The notes under the pieces are model-generated. The model ran no database searches, was not told the origin of the DNA, and worked only from the letters and a program-made list of their open reading frames with translations. A stretch of DNA of 64,000 bases from Balneolales bacterium (lineage in GTDB: Bacteria; Bacteroidota; Rhodothermia; Balneolales; Natronogracilivirgulaceae), in contig JBBDQZ010000076.1 in assembly GCA_040905705.1 (NCBI GenBank), positions 1,403 to 65,402 on the forward strand, read 5' to 3'. Below, piece after piece: positions 48,488 to 58,885 of the stretch; the first letter of the stretch is position 1; each line of letters begins with the position of its first letter. Made by a program: the position numbers and the translations under genes.

Positions 48488-48508
48488 AGGGCACGGGCAA
48501 AATCTGTT

Positions 48509-49630
48509 ATGAGTTTTTCATCGGTTGATCATAAGCGAATGAAACGCGCACTCAAGCTCGCGGAAAAAGGGAAAGGTTATGTTGCACCTAACCCTCTGGT
48601 AGGGTGTTTGATTTATTCCAGGGAAGGCGAGTTAATCGGTGAGGGTTATCATGAACGCTATGGCCAGGCTCATGCGGAAATCAATGCATTAAACAAGGTC
48701 AGGAATACTTCGGATCTGCAGGATGCCACAGTCTATGTAACACTGGAACCCTGCTCTCATCAGGGGAAAACGCCTCCTTGTGCCCATGAACTGACCAGAT
48801 ACCCGCTTGGCCGGGTGGTGGTGGCCATGCAAGACCCCAATCCCGAGGTCAACGGGAAAGGCATCGCATACCTGAAAGCTCACAATATTATGGTTGAGAC
48901 CGGGTTGCTCGAAGAAGAGGCAAGAAAACTTAATGAGGTCTTTCTGTTCAACATTCAATACGGTAAACCTTATGTCGTACTGAAAATGGCACAGACACTC
49001 GACGGGTATATTGCTGCACCGGACGGGAATTCACAATGGATTTCTGGTGAAAAAGCCAGAAAAAAAGTACATCAGTGGCGGAGTGAGTATGACGCCGTAT
49101 TGATTGGGCGCAATACGGCTCTTTTGGACAATCCGAGATTGACGGTGCGTCATGTAAGCGGGAGACAACCCAGGCGTATTGTTCTCGACGGGCCTGGAAT
49201 ACTTCCGGAGCATCTCCATCTGTTCAGTGATATCCACGAGGAGAAGACCATCCGGGTTACGTACCGGCAAGGGGGCTTGATGAAGGAACATGATCCTGTA
49301 CTTAACATGCTTCAACCGGAATATTTCCGGGGACAGACGATTCACGTATCCGAACTTGATGGACATTGCAATATGGAACAGGCGATCAGTAAAATCGGTG
49401 ACCTGGGATTAACTTCCATACTTGTAGAAGCTGGAAACAGCCTGGCGTCAGCTCTTGTCCGGGATAACATGGTAGATAAACTTCAACTGTTTATCTCCCC
49501 AAAATTGCTGGGTGGTGGCACTCGAAGCTTTTTGGGACTCGGAATTGAAAGAATGAGTGAAATTATCGAATTTAAATCAGGTAGCTGGACAAAAACAGGC
49601 GAAGACATGCTGTTTACCGGGTATTTCTGA
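48509..49630 (+). CDS. ribD: Bifunctional riboflavin biosynthesis deaminase/reductase RibD
   Basis: Deaminase zinc motifs HAE and PCSHQGKTPPC, followed by a C-terminal RibD reductase domain. Confidence 0.93.
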   Translation: MSFSSVDHKRMKRALKLAEKGKGYVAPNPLVGCLIYSREGELIGEGYHERYGQAHAEINALNKVRNTSDLQDATVYVTLEPCSHQGKTPPCAHELTRYPLGRVVVAMQDPNPEVNGKGIAYLKAHNIMVETGLLEEEARKLNEVFLFNIQYGKPYVVLKMAQTLDGYIAAPDGNSQWISGEKARKKVHQWRSEYDAVLIGRNTALLDNPRLTVRHVSGRQPRRIVLDGPGILPEHLHLFSDIHEEKTIRVTYRQGGLMKEHDPVLNMLQPEYFRGQTIHVSELDGHCNMEQAISKIGDLGLTSILVEAGNSLASALVRDNMVDKLQLFISPKLLGGGTRSFLGLGIERMSEIIEFKSGSWTKTGEDMLFTGYF

Positions 49631-49710
49631 TAGCCCTGTTTTTATGGGTACTCCGAGTTAACGGAGATGTTTTAATAACAAAGAATCTAACTTGTAAACG
49701 GATCAAACGG

Positions 49711-50349
49711 ATGTTTAACGGAATTATTGAAGAACTGGGGGAAATCACCTCGGTGAGGGATATTGGGGGTGGAAAAGAATTGACGATCGCTTGCCGGCTG
49801 GCCGATTCCATGGAGATAGATGACAGTTTGTGCGTCAACGGGGTTTGCCAGACGATTGTTCGCTGTGATCAAAAGTCAGTGACGGTCCAGGCAGTGGAGG
49901 AGACCCTGCGTAAAACCACCCTGGGAGGACTGAAATCCGGATCGGAAGTCAACCTGGAGCGCTCACTAACCCTTTCACAGCGTATAGACGGGCATATTGT
50001 GCAGGGTCACGTCGATACTACCGGCACGATCAGGCAAGTACATAAAGAAGGGGTTGACTGGCTGTATACCATTGCTATTGACCGGGAATGGAAAGACTTG
50101 ATTGTCGGGCGCGGAAGCATTGCCGTAGACGGCATCAGCCTGACCGTTGCCCGGGAAGACGGTGATACGTTTACCGTCGCGATCATCCCGTTCACCAGGG
50201 AACACACGGTGATCAAAAACGGCAAAAAAGGTGATCATGTAAATCTTGAATTTGATATTCTTGGTAAATATGTAGTGCGATTCCTGCAAAACCGGGAAGA
50301 GGGACAAAATGTTCAAGATGTAAGGAATCCATCACGTTTTTCCCTATAA
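49711..50349 (+). CDS. ribE: Riboflavin synthase alpha chain
   Basis: MFNGIIEELG start, two lumazine-binding repeats (S.CVNGVC.T; SIAVDGISLTV) and 212 aa length. Confidence 0.93.
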   Translation: MFNGIIEELGEITSVRDIGGGKELTIACRLADSMEIDDSLCVNGVCQTIVRCDQKSVTVQAVEETLRKTTLGGLKSGSEVNLERSLTLSQRIDGHIVQGHVDTTGTIRQVHKEGVDWLYTIAIDREWKDLIVGRGSIAVDGISLTVAREDGDTFTVAIIPFTREHTVIKNGKKGDHVNLEFDILGKYVVRFLQNREEGQNVQDVRNPSRFSL

Positions 50350-50354
50350 GTGCA

Positions 50355-53183
50355 TCATTGAAACCGGTTGATCGGACTGGAACTTTTCTCAAGATTGTTG
50401 AGGCCCGGCAGTTTCTGGAACAGTCCCTGAAGTTGTGAATCGCGGACGGTCAACCGAAAGAGAAAAAACTTGAAATCACCGAATGGATTCCACTGAAAGG
50501 TCAAATCCCAACAATGGAGATTCCGGGTAATGTTAAATCGGGAGGGCGTGAGTTCACGGTCGACAAAATCATAACCAAGTTGTGTGCCCATTTGCCATTC
50601 CGGTGTTAAACGGATTTGGATATTTTGTGCGTTGACAATAGCTCTGCGTCGTATCTCTCCACCGGACACTAACTGCCAGCTGTAATTGAAATTCAGATTA
50701 AAAGACCATGGAACATCAATACGCTGAACCTGTCCGTCATATATAGCCTGGTCGATCGGATGAAAATAGGATTGATCAAACGGATCGTAGTGTTTCGGAT
50801 AATGCCAGGATGCCTGCGTGGTGCGGCTGTGTGAATTCCCGCCCCCACTAAACTGGGTACTGGCACTGAAACGGAAATTGATTAACCGCATTAACCGATT
50901 CGACTCTTCCCAAAGGTACCGGTCTATACGTATGTCGTTTTCATCGGTGTCGTAAAAACTGAATGCGGCATTGGCATTCAAACGTATATTTTGAAAAAAA
51001 CTGGATGAAATAGAAGTAGTCAGATCAGACAGGTTGAATCTTTCAGCAGCAAAGTTGTAGTTGACGTTGACATTGAGCCGGTCAATCAGTCGAATGGTGC
51101 GCTCGCTGCGTTCACCGGTTGTATCTCTGTGTACTTCTTTTGTTTCCAGAATGTTGTTGATAGAAAGGCCCAATGTCTGTTGCCGCCCGGCACCCGGACC
51201 ACCGATGATACCACCTTCAAATTTTGAGTATATCTGTGTATCGCCATCCAGGCTGGATTGTACATCCCGGTACACCCCCCAATACGGCACGCTGAAATCC
51301 GGACGGTAACTAAAACTTATTGAAGGTCTCAGGGTATGCCGGAACCCTTCAAAACGGCCGATTCGAGCCTCGGTGATTCCATAGAGAGTCGTATTGGCAC
51401 TGAGACTTGTCTGGAAATCGCGACCGGTATCAAATCCCGTTTCCATTCTTGAAACCACCCGGCTCTGATCGGCATCCCACTCCTTTCGCAAAGTTTGAGG
51501 ATACCAGTATTCGTTCATGTTAATGTTTGTCGAGAGATTGGCAAACGGAGTGCTTAAAAGTTGGGCATTGGCGGATACGGTATGGCGAAGACCGATATTG
51601 ATATGCCGAAAATCGCCAGTAGCCGCACGGTGTCTGGACGGGCTGAGCAATGCTTCCCAGAAGTCGATCTCCGTATCTTCTGGCCGAAAATTATATCGCG
51701 ATTGCAGGTTGTTACGGTATTGAATGTTGATGGATTCATACCAGGACTGTCCGGCACGGGTTCCGGTACCTTGAAAAGGTGTTATTCGTCGTAGTGAGAA
51801 AGATACATCCGGGCCGGTCAGAGAAGTCAAGTCGGTAGCAAAATTCCGGGAATGTCTACCGGAGATGTTGAATGAGTAGGATCCTGCGGGATGATTGAAG
51901 TTATAAGCTACACGCGAGCTTGTACTTGTTTCAGCACGGTCATTGATGTCGTAAGAATTACGGTTATAATAATCTTGTGTTCGAAGATTAATATGGGCTG
52001 ATACAGACGAATAAGGATTGATCGTTTGACTGTGATTGATTCCGATGCGCCGTTGAATATTGGCTGAAAAATCCGGATCGGTTGGCTCAAGCCCCTGATC
52101 TCGGGAATAACCGAATTCGAAAGAACCGTTATACCGGTTGGTTCGACGATAATTCATTCGTGAATCCAGGTAAAACGTTCCCGAAGTGAAGATGTCGAGC
52201 GACATTTGGCCGGTCAGGTAATCATTGAAATATTGAAACCAGCCAAGATTCTGTATACCAATTCCTCTGCGTTGCTGATCCTGGTAGGTAAACGACGGCT
52301 CGATAATTCCCGATTGTCTCCGGGTCATTCGTGAAGGCACATAACCGAATGGAAATACAAACGGGTAAGGTATATCCAAAATGAAAAGCCGTGCCTGAGT
52401 AAAAAAGATTTTATCTTCATCGACAACCTTCATTTTGTGGGCACGGATGTAAAAATGAGGGTGATCCAGATCACAGGTAGAATATATTCCGTCTTCAACA
52501 AAAACAACATGTGAATCGATACGCTTTACCTGGGTTCCAATGACATTTCCCTGATCCATATTGAGGCGTGCCACATCAAATTTACCTTTGTCGGTTCGGT
52601 AATTATACTGAATCCGTTGACTGCGGATCTGGTCTTCACCACGTTTGAGAATCGGTTGTGAAAGAGTGTCATCCGGTTCTGCAGCACGGGCACTCATCAG
52701 GTTTTTGTCAAGATTCAGCAAGACTTCACCCGCTGTCAATTCACCTTCTTCATGATGAACCCGGGCATTTCCATGTAAAGTGATTCTGCGTTCCCCCCGG
52801 GTAGTAAAAATCAGGGAATCCGAGGAGGAAAAACGGATCTCGTCGATGCGAGTTTCATTTTGTGTAACATTTCGGAGCGAGTCTGTTTGTCCGGAATGGT
52901 CACCGGTTGTGGCTGGATTGTCGATCGTCGATTCCGTCTGTATTACCTCTGACGAATCAGAAGAGATTGAAATTGAATCTGATGGATCGGGGCGGGTGCT
53001 GTTCGGCAGAGAATCCGATGCCACTTCCTGGTTTGTTTCTGTAACACCGGAAATAGTTATGTCAGATTTTGAAATCGGAAGATTAAACCGGCCCGCCGGA
53101 TCGGCATATCCATCCGAAACAGGAAAAAATAATCCTGCCGATATAAAAAGACATGTTATGGTCCAAATATGTGCTGCGGGCAC
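50355..53183 (-). CDS. lptD: Large outer-membrane LptD-like (OstA domain + beta-barrel) protein
   Basis: Signal peptide, an S/T/D-rich spacer, an OstA-like jellyroll (LTAGEVLLNLDKN...RIQYNY.TDKG) and a roughly 650-aa aromatic-rich barrel. GTG start. Confidence 0.65.
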   Translation of the reverse strand: MPAAHIWTITCLFISAGLFFPVSDGYADPAGRFNLPISKSDITISGVTETNQEVASDSLPNSTRPDPSDSISISSDSSEVIQTESTIDNPATTGDHSGQTDSLRNVTQNETRIDEIRFSSSDSLIFTTRGERRITLHGNARVHHEEGELTAGEVLLNLDKNLMSARAAEPDDTLSQPILKRGEDQIRSQRIQYNYRTDKGKFDVARLNMDQGNVIGTQVKRIDSHVVFVEDGIYSTCDLDHPHFYIRAHKMKVVDEDKIFFTQARLFILDIPYPFVFPFGYVPSRMTRRQSGIIEPSFTYQDQQRRGIGIQNLGWFQYFNDYLTGQMSLDIFTSGTFYLDSRMNYRRTNRYNGSFEFGYSRDQGLEPTDPDFSANIQRRIGINHSQTINPYSSVSAHINLRTQDYYNRNSYDINDRAETSTSSRVAYNFNHPAGSYSFNISGRHSRNFATDLTSLTGPDVSFSLRRITPFQGTGTRAGQSWYESINIQYRNNLQSRYNFRPEDTEIDFWEALLSPSRHRAATGDFRHINIGLRHTVSANAQLLSTPFANLSTNINMNEYWYPQTLRKEWDADQSRVVSRMETGFDTGRDFQTSLSANTTLYGITEARIGRFEGFRHTLRPSISFSYRPDFSVPYWGVYRDVQSSLDGDTQIYSKFEGGIIGGPGAGRQQTLGLSINNILETKEVHRDTTGERSERTIRLIDRLNVNVNYNFAAERFNLSDLTTSISSSFFQNIRLNANAAFSFYDTDENDIRIDRYLWEESNRLMRLINFRFSASTQFSGGGNSHSRTTQASWHYPKHYDPFDQSYFHPIDQAIYDGQVQRIDVPWSFNLNFNYSWQLVSGGEIRRRAIVNAQNIQIRLTPEWQMGTQLGYDFVDRELTPSRFNITRNLHCWDLTFQWNPFGDFKFFLFRLTVRDSQLQGLFQKLPGLNNLEKSSSPINRFQ

Positions 53184-53198
53184 CGGATATGTGTCTTG

Positions 53199-54155
53199 TC
53201 AATGGTGTGCAATATGTTCAAATGCGAGACAGCCTGCACCAAGAAGCGCAGCACTGTTACCCAGTTTTTCATATCGGAGATCAAAACCTTCCAGATAAGG
53301 AGGCATCAGGCGTTCCTGTGCTGCTTCCCGGGCAGGATTCAGAATCCATTTGCCAGCTTTTGCAACGCCACCGCTTACCAAAATGTTGCGAATATCCAGT
53401 ATGTGTATATAGTTAACAATGGCGTAGCCCAGTTTTCGTCCGGCATCATCCAGAATTCGGATGGCCAGTTCATTCCCCCGTTCGGCTTCTTCACTTAAGT
53501 GAATGGGCTCAAGTTGATCCGGGTTTTCCAGGTATTTCTGTGCAAGTCGGTTGTCCGGGTGTTTCCTGATAAGCGGGAGTGCATTGCGTATCAAAAAGCG
53601 CCGGCCAAGATACGCCTCAATACCACCGCGGGTTTTACTATGGGATTCCGGCCCATTGTAATCGATGATAACATGGCCAAGTTCTGCTGCACCACCGGTC
53701 ATACCGCGAAAAATTTCGCGATGATATATGATACTGCCACCAACACCTGTACCAAGTGTCAGCATGATGAAACTGTCCATGTCTCTTCCCTCTCCGAAGC
53801 GGGAAGAACCCAACGCCATCAAATTGGCATCATTTTCAACAACAACTTCACGACCTGTACGCTTATGAAGTTCCATATTGACGTTGACTGATTTCCAGCC
53901 CGGGAAATTAGGTGGATTTGAGACAGAGGTACGATCATAAGAAATTATACCCGGAGTTCCTATTCCGATTCCCTGAGGTTCTTCCGGAGTGTTTTTGATG
54001 GCATTTGAAATGGCATCCGCGATGCGATCCATTACATGTGAAGGACCTTTTTGAGCTTCTGTGTGTATGGAAAAGCTGGATAAAATTCCTTTTTCGTGAT
54101 GGACAACGGCAGATTTAATATTGGTGCCGCCAAGATCAATCCCGATTGCAATCAT
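53199..54155 (-). CDS. ROK-family sugar kinase (glucokinase-like)
   Basis: IGIDLGGTNIK, NDANL.ALG, GTGVGGG-like and ELGH motifs. The ROK CxCGxxGC zinc motif is not obvious. Confidence 0.85.
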   Translation of the reverse strand: MIAIGIDLGGTNIKSAVVHHEKGILSSFSIHTEAQKGPSHVMDRIADAISNAIKNTPEEPQGIGIGTPGIISYDRTSVSNPPNFPGWKSVNVNMELHKRTGREVVVENDANLMALGSSRFGEGRDMDSFIMLTLGTGVGGSIIYHREIFRGMTGGAAELGHVIIDYNGPESHSKTRGGIEAYLGRRFLIRNALPLIRKHPDNRLAQKYLENPDQLEPIHLSEEAERGNELAIRILDDAGRKLGYAIVNYIHILDIRNILVSGGVAKAGKWILNPAREAAQERLMPPYLEGFDLRYEKLGNSAALLGAGCLAFEHIAHH

Positions 54156-54271
54156 AATCGATAATAAAAAGGTTCCTGATTGTTGTAATTATGATAAGAG
54201 CATTTTACTCATACCACAACGGACCTTGAAAAAAGAAGTGACAGGAATCACTTTCCGGCTACAAATGGATT

Positions 54272-54574
54272 TTAATTTTCCTGAATACGATAAATGGTTT
54301 CTCCGGGTTTTCTCATTCCGTATTCTTCCCGGGCAAGACGCTCAAGCAGCTCGGGATTGGATTCAAGATTTTGAATACGGTTTTGATATTTGCTCGTTTC
54401 CTCCAGAAGATGATCGGTTGCTTCAATCAGTTCTTGCTTTTCGTTGTGAAGCTGAATACGGGTACGGATGCTGTAAGTATCGATAAACCCGAACCAAATT
54501 ATCAGCATAAGCAACAGCACAGAAAAAAGCAGGCCACGTCGCCATGCCAGTGGATTGAGAATTCGAAGATTCAT
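54272..54574 (-). CDS. ftsB: Septum formation initiator FtsB/DivIC family
   Basis: 100 aa with a single TM, a coiled coil and the C-terminal REEYGM.KPGE motif. Confidence 0.8.
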   Translation of the reverse strand: MNLRILNPLAWRRGLLFSVLLLMLIIWFGFIDTYSIRTRIQLHNEKQELIEATDHLLEETSKYQNRIQNLESNPELLERLAREEYGMRKPGETIYRIQEN

Positions 54575-54758
54575 CGTTATGGGATTGACTCAAGGAATTA
54601 TATCGTAAAATAAATCATTTTATGATATAACACACAATGTACTTGGTGATTTTTGCGGCACCCGCCTGTTTTTTATTGGAAATTACAATCACATTTTCAA
54701 TGGAATCTGTAAAACAGCCGGATTTCGGCGATTATGCCGTTTTTTCCTTTCATCGGAT

Positions 54759-55124
54759 TCATAAATACCAGAAGGCTCCCTCTATATGACGAATTTCTTC
54801 TTTTGATTTGCCGGGATGCATAATGACGATAACATCGAAGCGTACCGGAGATCCTTGCATTTTGCGTTCATGCAACCACGCTTCCGCCACTTTAAAGAGT
54901 TGCCTTTTCTTGTAATCGCCAATACTTTCTTCCGGTTCTCCGTACTTCTTGCTCCTGCGTGACTTAACCTCGATAAACACAATCTCACGTCCGGTGGAAG
55001 CGACAATATCCACTTCCGCTCTCAAAAAACGGTAGTTCCTGTCCAGGATGACAAAGTTATTGGCCTTAAGGAATGAAACCGCTCTATCTTCACCAAGTTT
55101 ACCGATTTCAATAGGATTCATCAT
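54759..55124 (-). CDS. yraN: YraN family (UPF0102) endonuclease-like protein
   Basis: G...A..FL...G..IL.RN.R....E.DI.......VFIEVK.R pattern; 121 aa. Confidence 0.85.
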   Translation of the reverse strand: MMNPIEIGKLGEDRAVSFLKANNFVILDRNYRFLRAEVDIVASTGREIVFIEVKSRRSKKYGEPEESIGDYKKRQLFKVAEAWLHERKMQGSPVRFDVIVIMHPGKSKEEIRHIEGAFWYL

Positions 55125-55167
55125 TGAAACTTCATTTACATAGGAGGCAAGTCATCTCAAGACGGTT

Positions 55168-55506
55168 TTATGTTTTTGTCTTGCTGGAGGAAGAATCTTT
55201 TTGGGGAGTACCGATGGAACTGTCGGAAGTACCGTTACTACCACTTTGGCCGTTGGTATTTTTGGTGGAGTCCTTAGATGATGGGTCTTCCCCGGAGGTG
55301 TTCTTTCGGTTCGAGTGGTCGTTCGACTTATTCTTGTAGTCGGTCACGTACCAACCGCTGCCTTTATAGACGACCCCCCCTCCACCGGTAATTACACGTT
55401 TAACATTCTGTCCTGTATCCGGACAGGTTTTTAATGCGGGCTCCGAGATGCGTTGGGTCATCTCAAAGGTGGTTCCATCATCTCGTTTGTACAGATAGGT
55501 CGGCAT
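55168..55506 (-). CDS. FmdB-like small protein with degenerate zinc ribbon and S/T/N/G-rich tail
   Basis: MPTYLYK...TFE......CP..G..VKRVI.GG...YKGSGWYVTDY aligns to the FmdB/CxxC_CxxC_SSSS family, but only one Cys remains. The ATG at 55506 lies inside an ORF that opens at 55569. Confidence 0.7.
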   Translation of the reverse strand: MPTYLYKRDDGTTFEMTQRISEPALKTCPDTGQNVKRVITGGGGVVYKGSGWYVTDYKNKSNDHSNRKNTSGEDPSSKDSTKNTNGQSGSNGTSDSSIGTPQKDSSSSKTKT

Positions 55507-55581
55507 TTTTATTAAAATTACATTAGTTTTTTTGAATTTAAAAACGTCAGATTCTAAAAAAAAGTTCACAGTTCCTCACAG

Positions 55582-56775
55582 TCATTTAAGCGCCTGAAGT
55601 CCTTCCTGAAGGCGTTTGACGGCTTCTTTCAAATGATCCATAGAGGCTGCATAGGAGAGCCGGATCCCGGTTGGCTCGCCGAATGCATCGCCAGGTACTG
55701 TTGCGAGTCCGCGTTCCTCCAGCAGGAATAAACAGAGATCTGTACTGTTATGAATAGTGTTTCCTGAGGGCGTTTTCAAATTTAAAAATGCTGAAATATT
55801 GGGGAAAGCGTAAAAAGCGCCACCTGGGAGAAAACATTTCACACCGTTAATACTGTTGAGTGCTTCCACCAGGTAATCCCGCCGTTCTCGAAAAGCCCGT
55901 ACCATATCTTTTACAGAGTCTCGTGGGCTTAAGTAGGCGGCTTCAGCCGCTTTTTGAGAAATGGAAGAAGGAGCAGAGGTTTCCTGGCTTTGGATCTTTG
56001 CCACCGATTTGACCACATCGACCGGTCCGGCCAGGTAACCAATTCGCCATCCGGTCATTGCAAATCCTTTTGAAAATCCGTTGATCAGCAAGATTCGTTC
56101 TTTCAATTCCCGAGCGACTTGTCCGATTCCCACATGGTCATGTTCAAATACAATATATTCGTAAATTTCATCGGAAAGAATCAGAATACCGGGATATTCC
56201 CGGAGGACTTCTGCAAGAGCTTTCAATTCATCGGCAGAATAGCAGCTTCCTGTTGGATTGGAAGGAGAACAGAGAATAAGCATCCTGGTTTTGGGACTGA
56301 TGGCCTTTCTCAACTGGTCCGCGGTCATTTTATAGTCGTTATCAAAAAAGGTCGGGACTATAACCGGTACACCCTCTGCCAGTTTGACCATTTCCGGATA
56401 GGAGACCCAGTAGGGTGCAGGAATAATCACCTCTTCTCCCGGATTTATTGTTGCTAATATGGAAAAACCGATAGATTGCTTGGCACCGTTCGAGAGAATA
56501 ACCTGATCGGCTGTGTAATCAAGTCCATTTTCTACACGCAACTTGTCAACAATTGCTTCACGTAACTCCGGATTTCCGGTGTTTACGGTATATCCATGAA
56601 AACCGTCACGGATAGCCTGAATAGCGGCGTCACAAATATGAGTCGGTGTTTTGAAATCCGGTTCCCCTGCACTCAGGGAGATGACGGATTTACCTTCGCG
56701 CTGAAGTTCTTTGGCTCGGGCAGAAATTTTCAAGGTTTCTGAAGGCGCTATGGCCTGCACACGTTGTGCGATCAT
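55582..56775 (-). CDS. Pyridoxal-phosphate-dependent aminotransferase, class I (aspartate aminotransferase-like)
   Basis: LSAGEPDF, Y....G, NPTG and the SKGFAMTGWRIGY PLP-lysine context. Confidence 0.9.
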   Translation of the reverse strand: MIAQRVQAIAPSETLKISARAKELQREGKSVISLSAGEPDFKTPTHICDAAIQAIRDGFHGYTVNTGNPELREAIVDKLRVENGLDYTADQVILSNGAKQSIGFSILATINPGEEVIIPAPYWVSYPEMVKLAEGVPVIVPTFFDNDYKMTADQLRKAISPKTRMLILCSPSNPTGSCYSADELKALAEVLREYPGILILSDEIYEYIVFEHDHVGIGQVARELKERILLINGFSKGFAMTGWRIGYLAGPVDVVKSVAKIQSQETSAPSSISQKAAEAAYLSPRDSVKDMVRAFRERRDYLVEALNSINGVKCFLPGGAFYAFPNISAFLNLKTPSGNTIHNSTDLCLFLLEERGLATVPGDAFGEPTGIRLSYAASMDHLKEAVKRLQEGLQALK

Positions 56776-56921
56776 AATAATGTTGGTCTGTTAAGGTTCG
56801 TTTTGGAATGTTAGCGAAAATAGCACTCTCAATAATTTTTAAACGCTACAATATACAAAATCCGGGCGCTATTTCCCATGAATTAACGGCATCCAGATAC
56901 GGGATTTCAGCTGATTTAAGA

Positions 56922-57413
56922 TCAGCGTTGATTCCGGAATTTTTCATCCAGAGCAGAAGCCACGCTATCAGGTACAAAGTGGCTCAGATCGCCACCCCAG
57001 TAGGCAATTTCGCGAACGAGAGATCCGGAAATAAAAGTTAATTCTTCTCGTGGCATCAGGAAGATCGTGTCGATATCCTTGTTCAGCTTTCGGTTCATGA
57101 GAGCCATTCGGAATTCATATTCATAATCTGAAAATTGCCGAACACCCCGGATTAGTGCTTTTACCTTGTTTTCCCGGGCATAGTCCACCAATAGGCCGGA
57201 AAATTGCCGTACCTCCACTTTCCGGGCCCAGTGTTTATTTGCAATGCTCTCCTTGATCAGCGAGGCACGCTCATCCGGCGGGAATATTGAACTTTTACGA
57301 GAGTTTATGGCAATAGTGATATAGACTTTTTCAAAGAGATAAGTAGCCCGTTCAAGAATGTCAAGATGGCCATATGTTATTGGATCAAAAGATCCTGGAT
57401 AGATGACTTTCAC
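56922..57413 (-). CDS. coaD: Phosphopantetheine adenylyltransferase
   Basis: YPGSFDPIT.GH.DI, RG.R...D.EYE and ISS..VRE-like motifs. Confidence 0.95.
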   Translation of the reverse strand: MKVIYPGSFDPITYGHLDILERATYLFEKVYITIAINSRKSSIFPPDERASLIKESIANKHWARKVEVRQFSGLLVDYARENKVKALIRGVRQFSDYEYEFRMALMNRKLNKDIDTIFLMPREELTFISGSLVREIAYWGGDLSHFVPDSVASALDEKFRNQR

Positions 57414-57453
57414 AATAAGAACCCCTTTTAATGTTTACAATCCGGTTATGTGG

Positions 57454-58014
57454 TCAGGTATCTGCCGGTACAAGCTCCCTGGTAAAAATGGTCACAATGG
57501 TCCTTCCATATGGTTTGGAAAACACGCAATGGGGATGGGCGTCGAAACGATGCCTTTTGTCATGCTCCAGCAGAAACCATCCTTTATCCTTCAGCCAGTT
57601 ATCTTTCAGGACAGTCTCCGGAAGGTGTTGCAGTTCGTCGTAATCATAGGGCGGATCGGCAAAAACAAAATCAAACGGTTGTGATGGCCCATCTAAAAAC
57701 CCCTCTACTGATGAGCAGATGCATTGCGTTCTCTCTTCTACCTGAAATTGCCGTCCGGTTTTTTCTATGTGTTTCAGTGCAATTTCAGAAGATTCCACAA
57801 ATACTACACGGCCTGCTCCCCTTGAAAGTGCTTCAAAGCCGAGATTCCCTGATCCTGCGAAGAGATCAAGAACCGTACTGCCGGAGAGATGCTTTCGGGC
57901 ATCTATGATGGCAAACATGCTTTCTTTCGTACGGTCGGATGAAGGCCGGATGTTATCGATTCCGGGAGGAACAGATATTTTTCTACCCTTCAAAGTGCCG
58001 GTGATAATGCGCAT
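57454..58014 (-). CDS. rsmD: 16S rRNA (guanine966-N2)-methyltransferase RsmD
   Basis: MRIITG..KGR.I, RP...R.KE..F, DLFAGSG.LG.EALSRGA and FADPPY motifs. Confidence 0.9.
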   Translation of the reverse strand: MRIITGTLKGRKISVPPGIDNIRPSSDRTKESMFAIIDARKHLSGSTVLDLFAGSGNLGFEALSRGAGRVVFVESSEIALKHIEKTGRQFQVEERTQCICSSVEGFLDGPSQPFDFVFADPPYDYDELQHLPETVLKDNWLKDKGWFLLEHDKRHRFDAHPHCVFSKPYGRTIVTIFTRELVPADT

Positions 58015-58017
58015 GAT

Positions 58018-58875
58018 TTAGGTTACCGATAATAATGCAGCGGGAAATGCGCGTTCAAGCGGGAAGTTAAAGGAGTCTTCATCCGATTTCAGTCCCATTT
58101 TTTTCAGGGTATTCATTACTATGATCTCGGAGGAATCATCCAGGTAAGCACTGAGAGCTTCAAGCACTTTTTCGGAGTGATTTCCATAGACTATCACATG
58201 TTCGTGTAACCCTTCTATCCATGGAAGGTGTGAGGAATGTTGTAACCAGAGATACGGTAAATCCAGGATATCTTCATAAGTGATGAAAGTGGCAGCCCGC
58301 AGTTTTCCAAGCAGAAAGGAGGAGATACTAATGATCTCGTTATAGGTTGAAATAGTGAGAAAAGATCCCCGGAACTGACTGTGTTTCATCCAGTAATGTC
58401 CTATTTGGAAATCGGAAAAAAGAAACTCATTCGGCACGCCGTTGATCAGGGAGGCAAACGAATCAAGATGTTTTTTGCGTCTGACAGACAGAAGCTTGAA
58501 ATCACGATTACTGAGTTCGTGCCATTGCGAGTCGTTATGCTGTGCTTCTGTACCCTGCATCAGGATATTTAAATGGGCTTCACGCTCATCTTTATTGTCG
58601 AAAACAGACTTGGGTATGATACTCCAGCATTCGTAATAGGGCGGCAAGATCAATCGTAAATCCGTGATCTCATATTCGGTGATGAGCTTCTGCATGGTGT
58701 CACAAACACCCGGGAAAGTGTCCGGATCACGGGTTGAAATAGACTGGACCAGGTTAAAGGAAAAGTCGATGGATCCGATACGTTTCAGTACACCCGGGCT
58801 GGACTGATGAGAAACCGCATAATAAAGCTTGTTTGCGTCAAAATTAACTCCGAGTCGTACATCCGGTTCCGGCAT
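58018..58875 (-). CDS. Hypothetical protein (285 aa), possibly DUF3822-like
   Basis: It ends 3 nt upstream of rsmD. The size and position match the uncharacterised family I remember preceding rsmD-coaD in Bacteroidota. The family assignment is from memory only. Confidence 0.55.
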   Translation of the reverse strand: MPEPDVRLGVNFDANKLYYAVSHQSSPGVLKRIGSIDFSFNLVQSISTRDPDTFPGVCDTMQKLITEYEITDLRLILPPYYECWSIIPKSVFDNKDEREAHLNILMQGTEAQHNDSQWHELSNRDFKLLSVRRKKHLDSFASLINGVPNEFLFSDFQIGHYWMKHSQFRGSFLTISTYNEIISISSFLLGKLRAATFITYEDILDLPYLWLQHSSHLPWIEGLHEHVIVYGNHSEKVLEALSAYLDDSSEIIVMNTLKKMGLKSDEDSFNFPLERAFPAALLSVT

Positions 58876-58885
58876 GACCTTCGGA

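Noticed and set aside
48488-48508. Looked for an FMN (RFN) riboswitch ahead of ribD, and in the 80-nt ribD-ribE spacer (49631-49710).
   Set aside because: Only 21 nt separate ppiD from ribD, and the ribD-ribE spacer lacks the conserved RFN blocks. The rib genes here appear not to be riboswitch-controlled at this locus.
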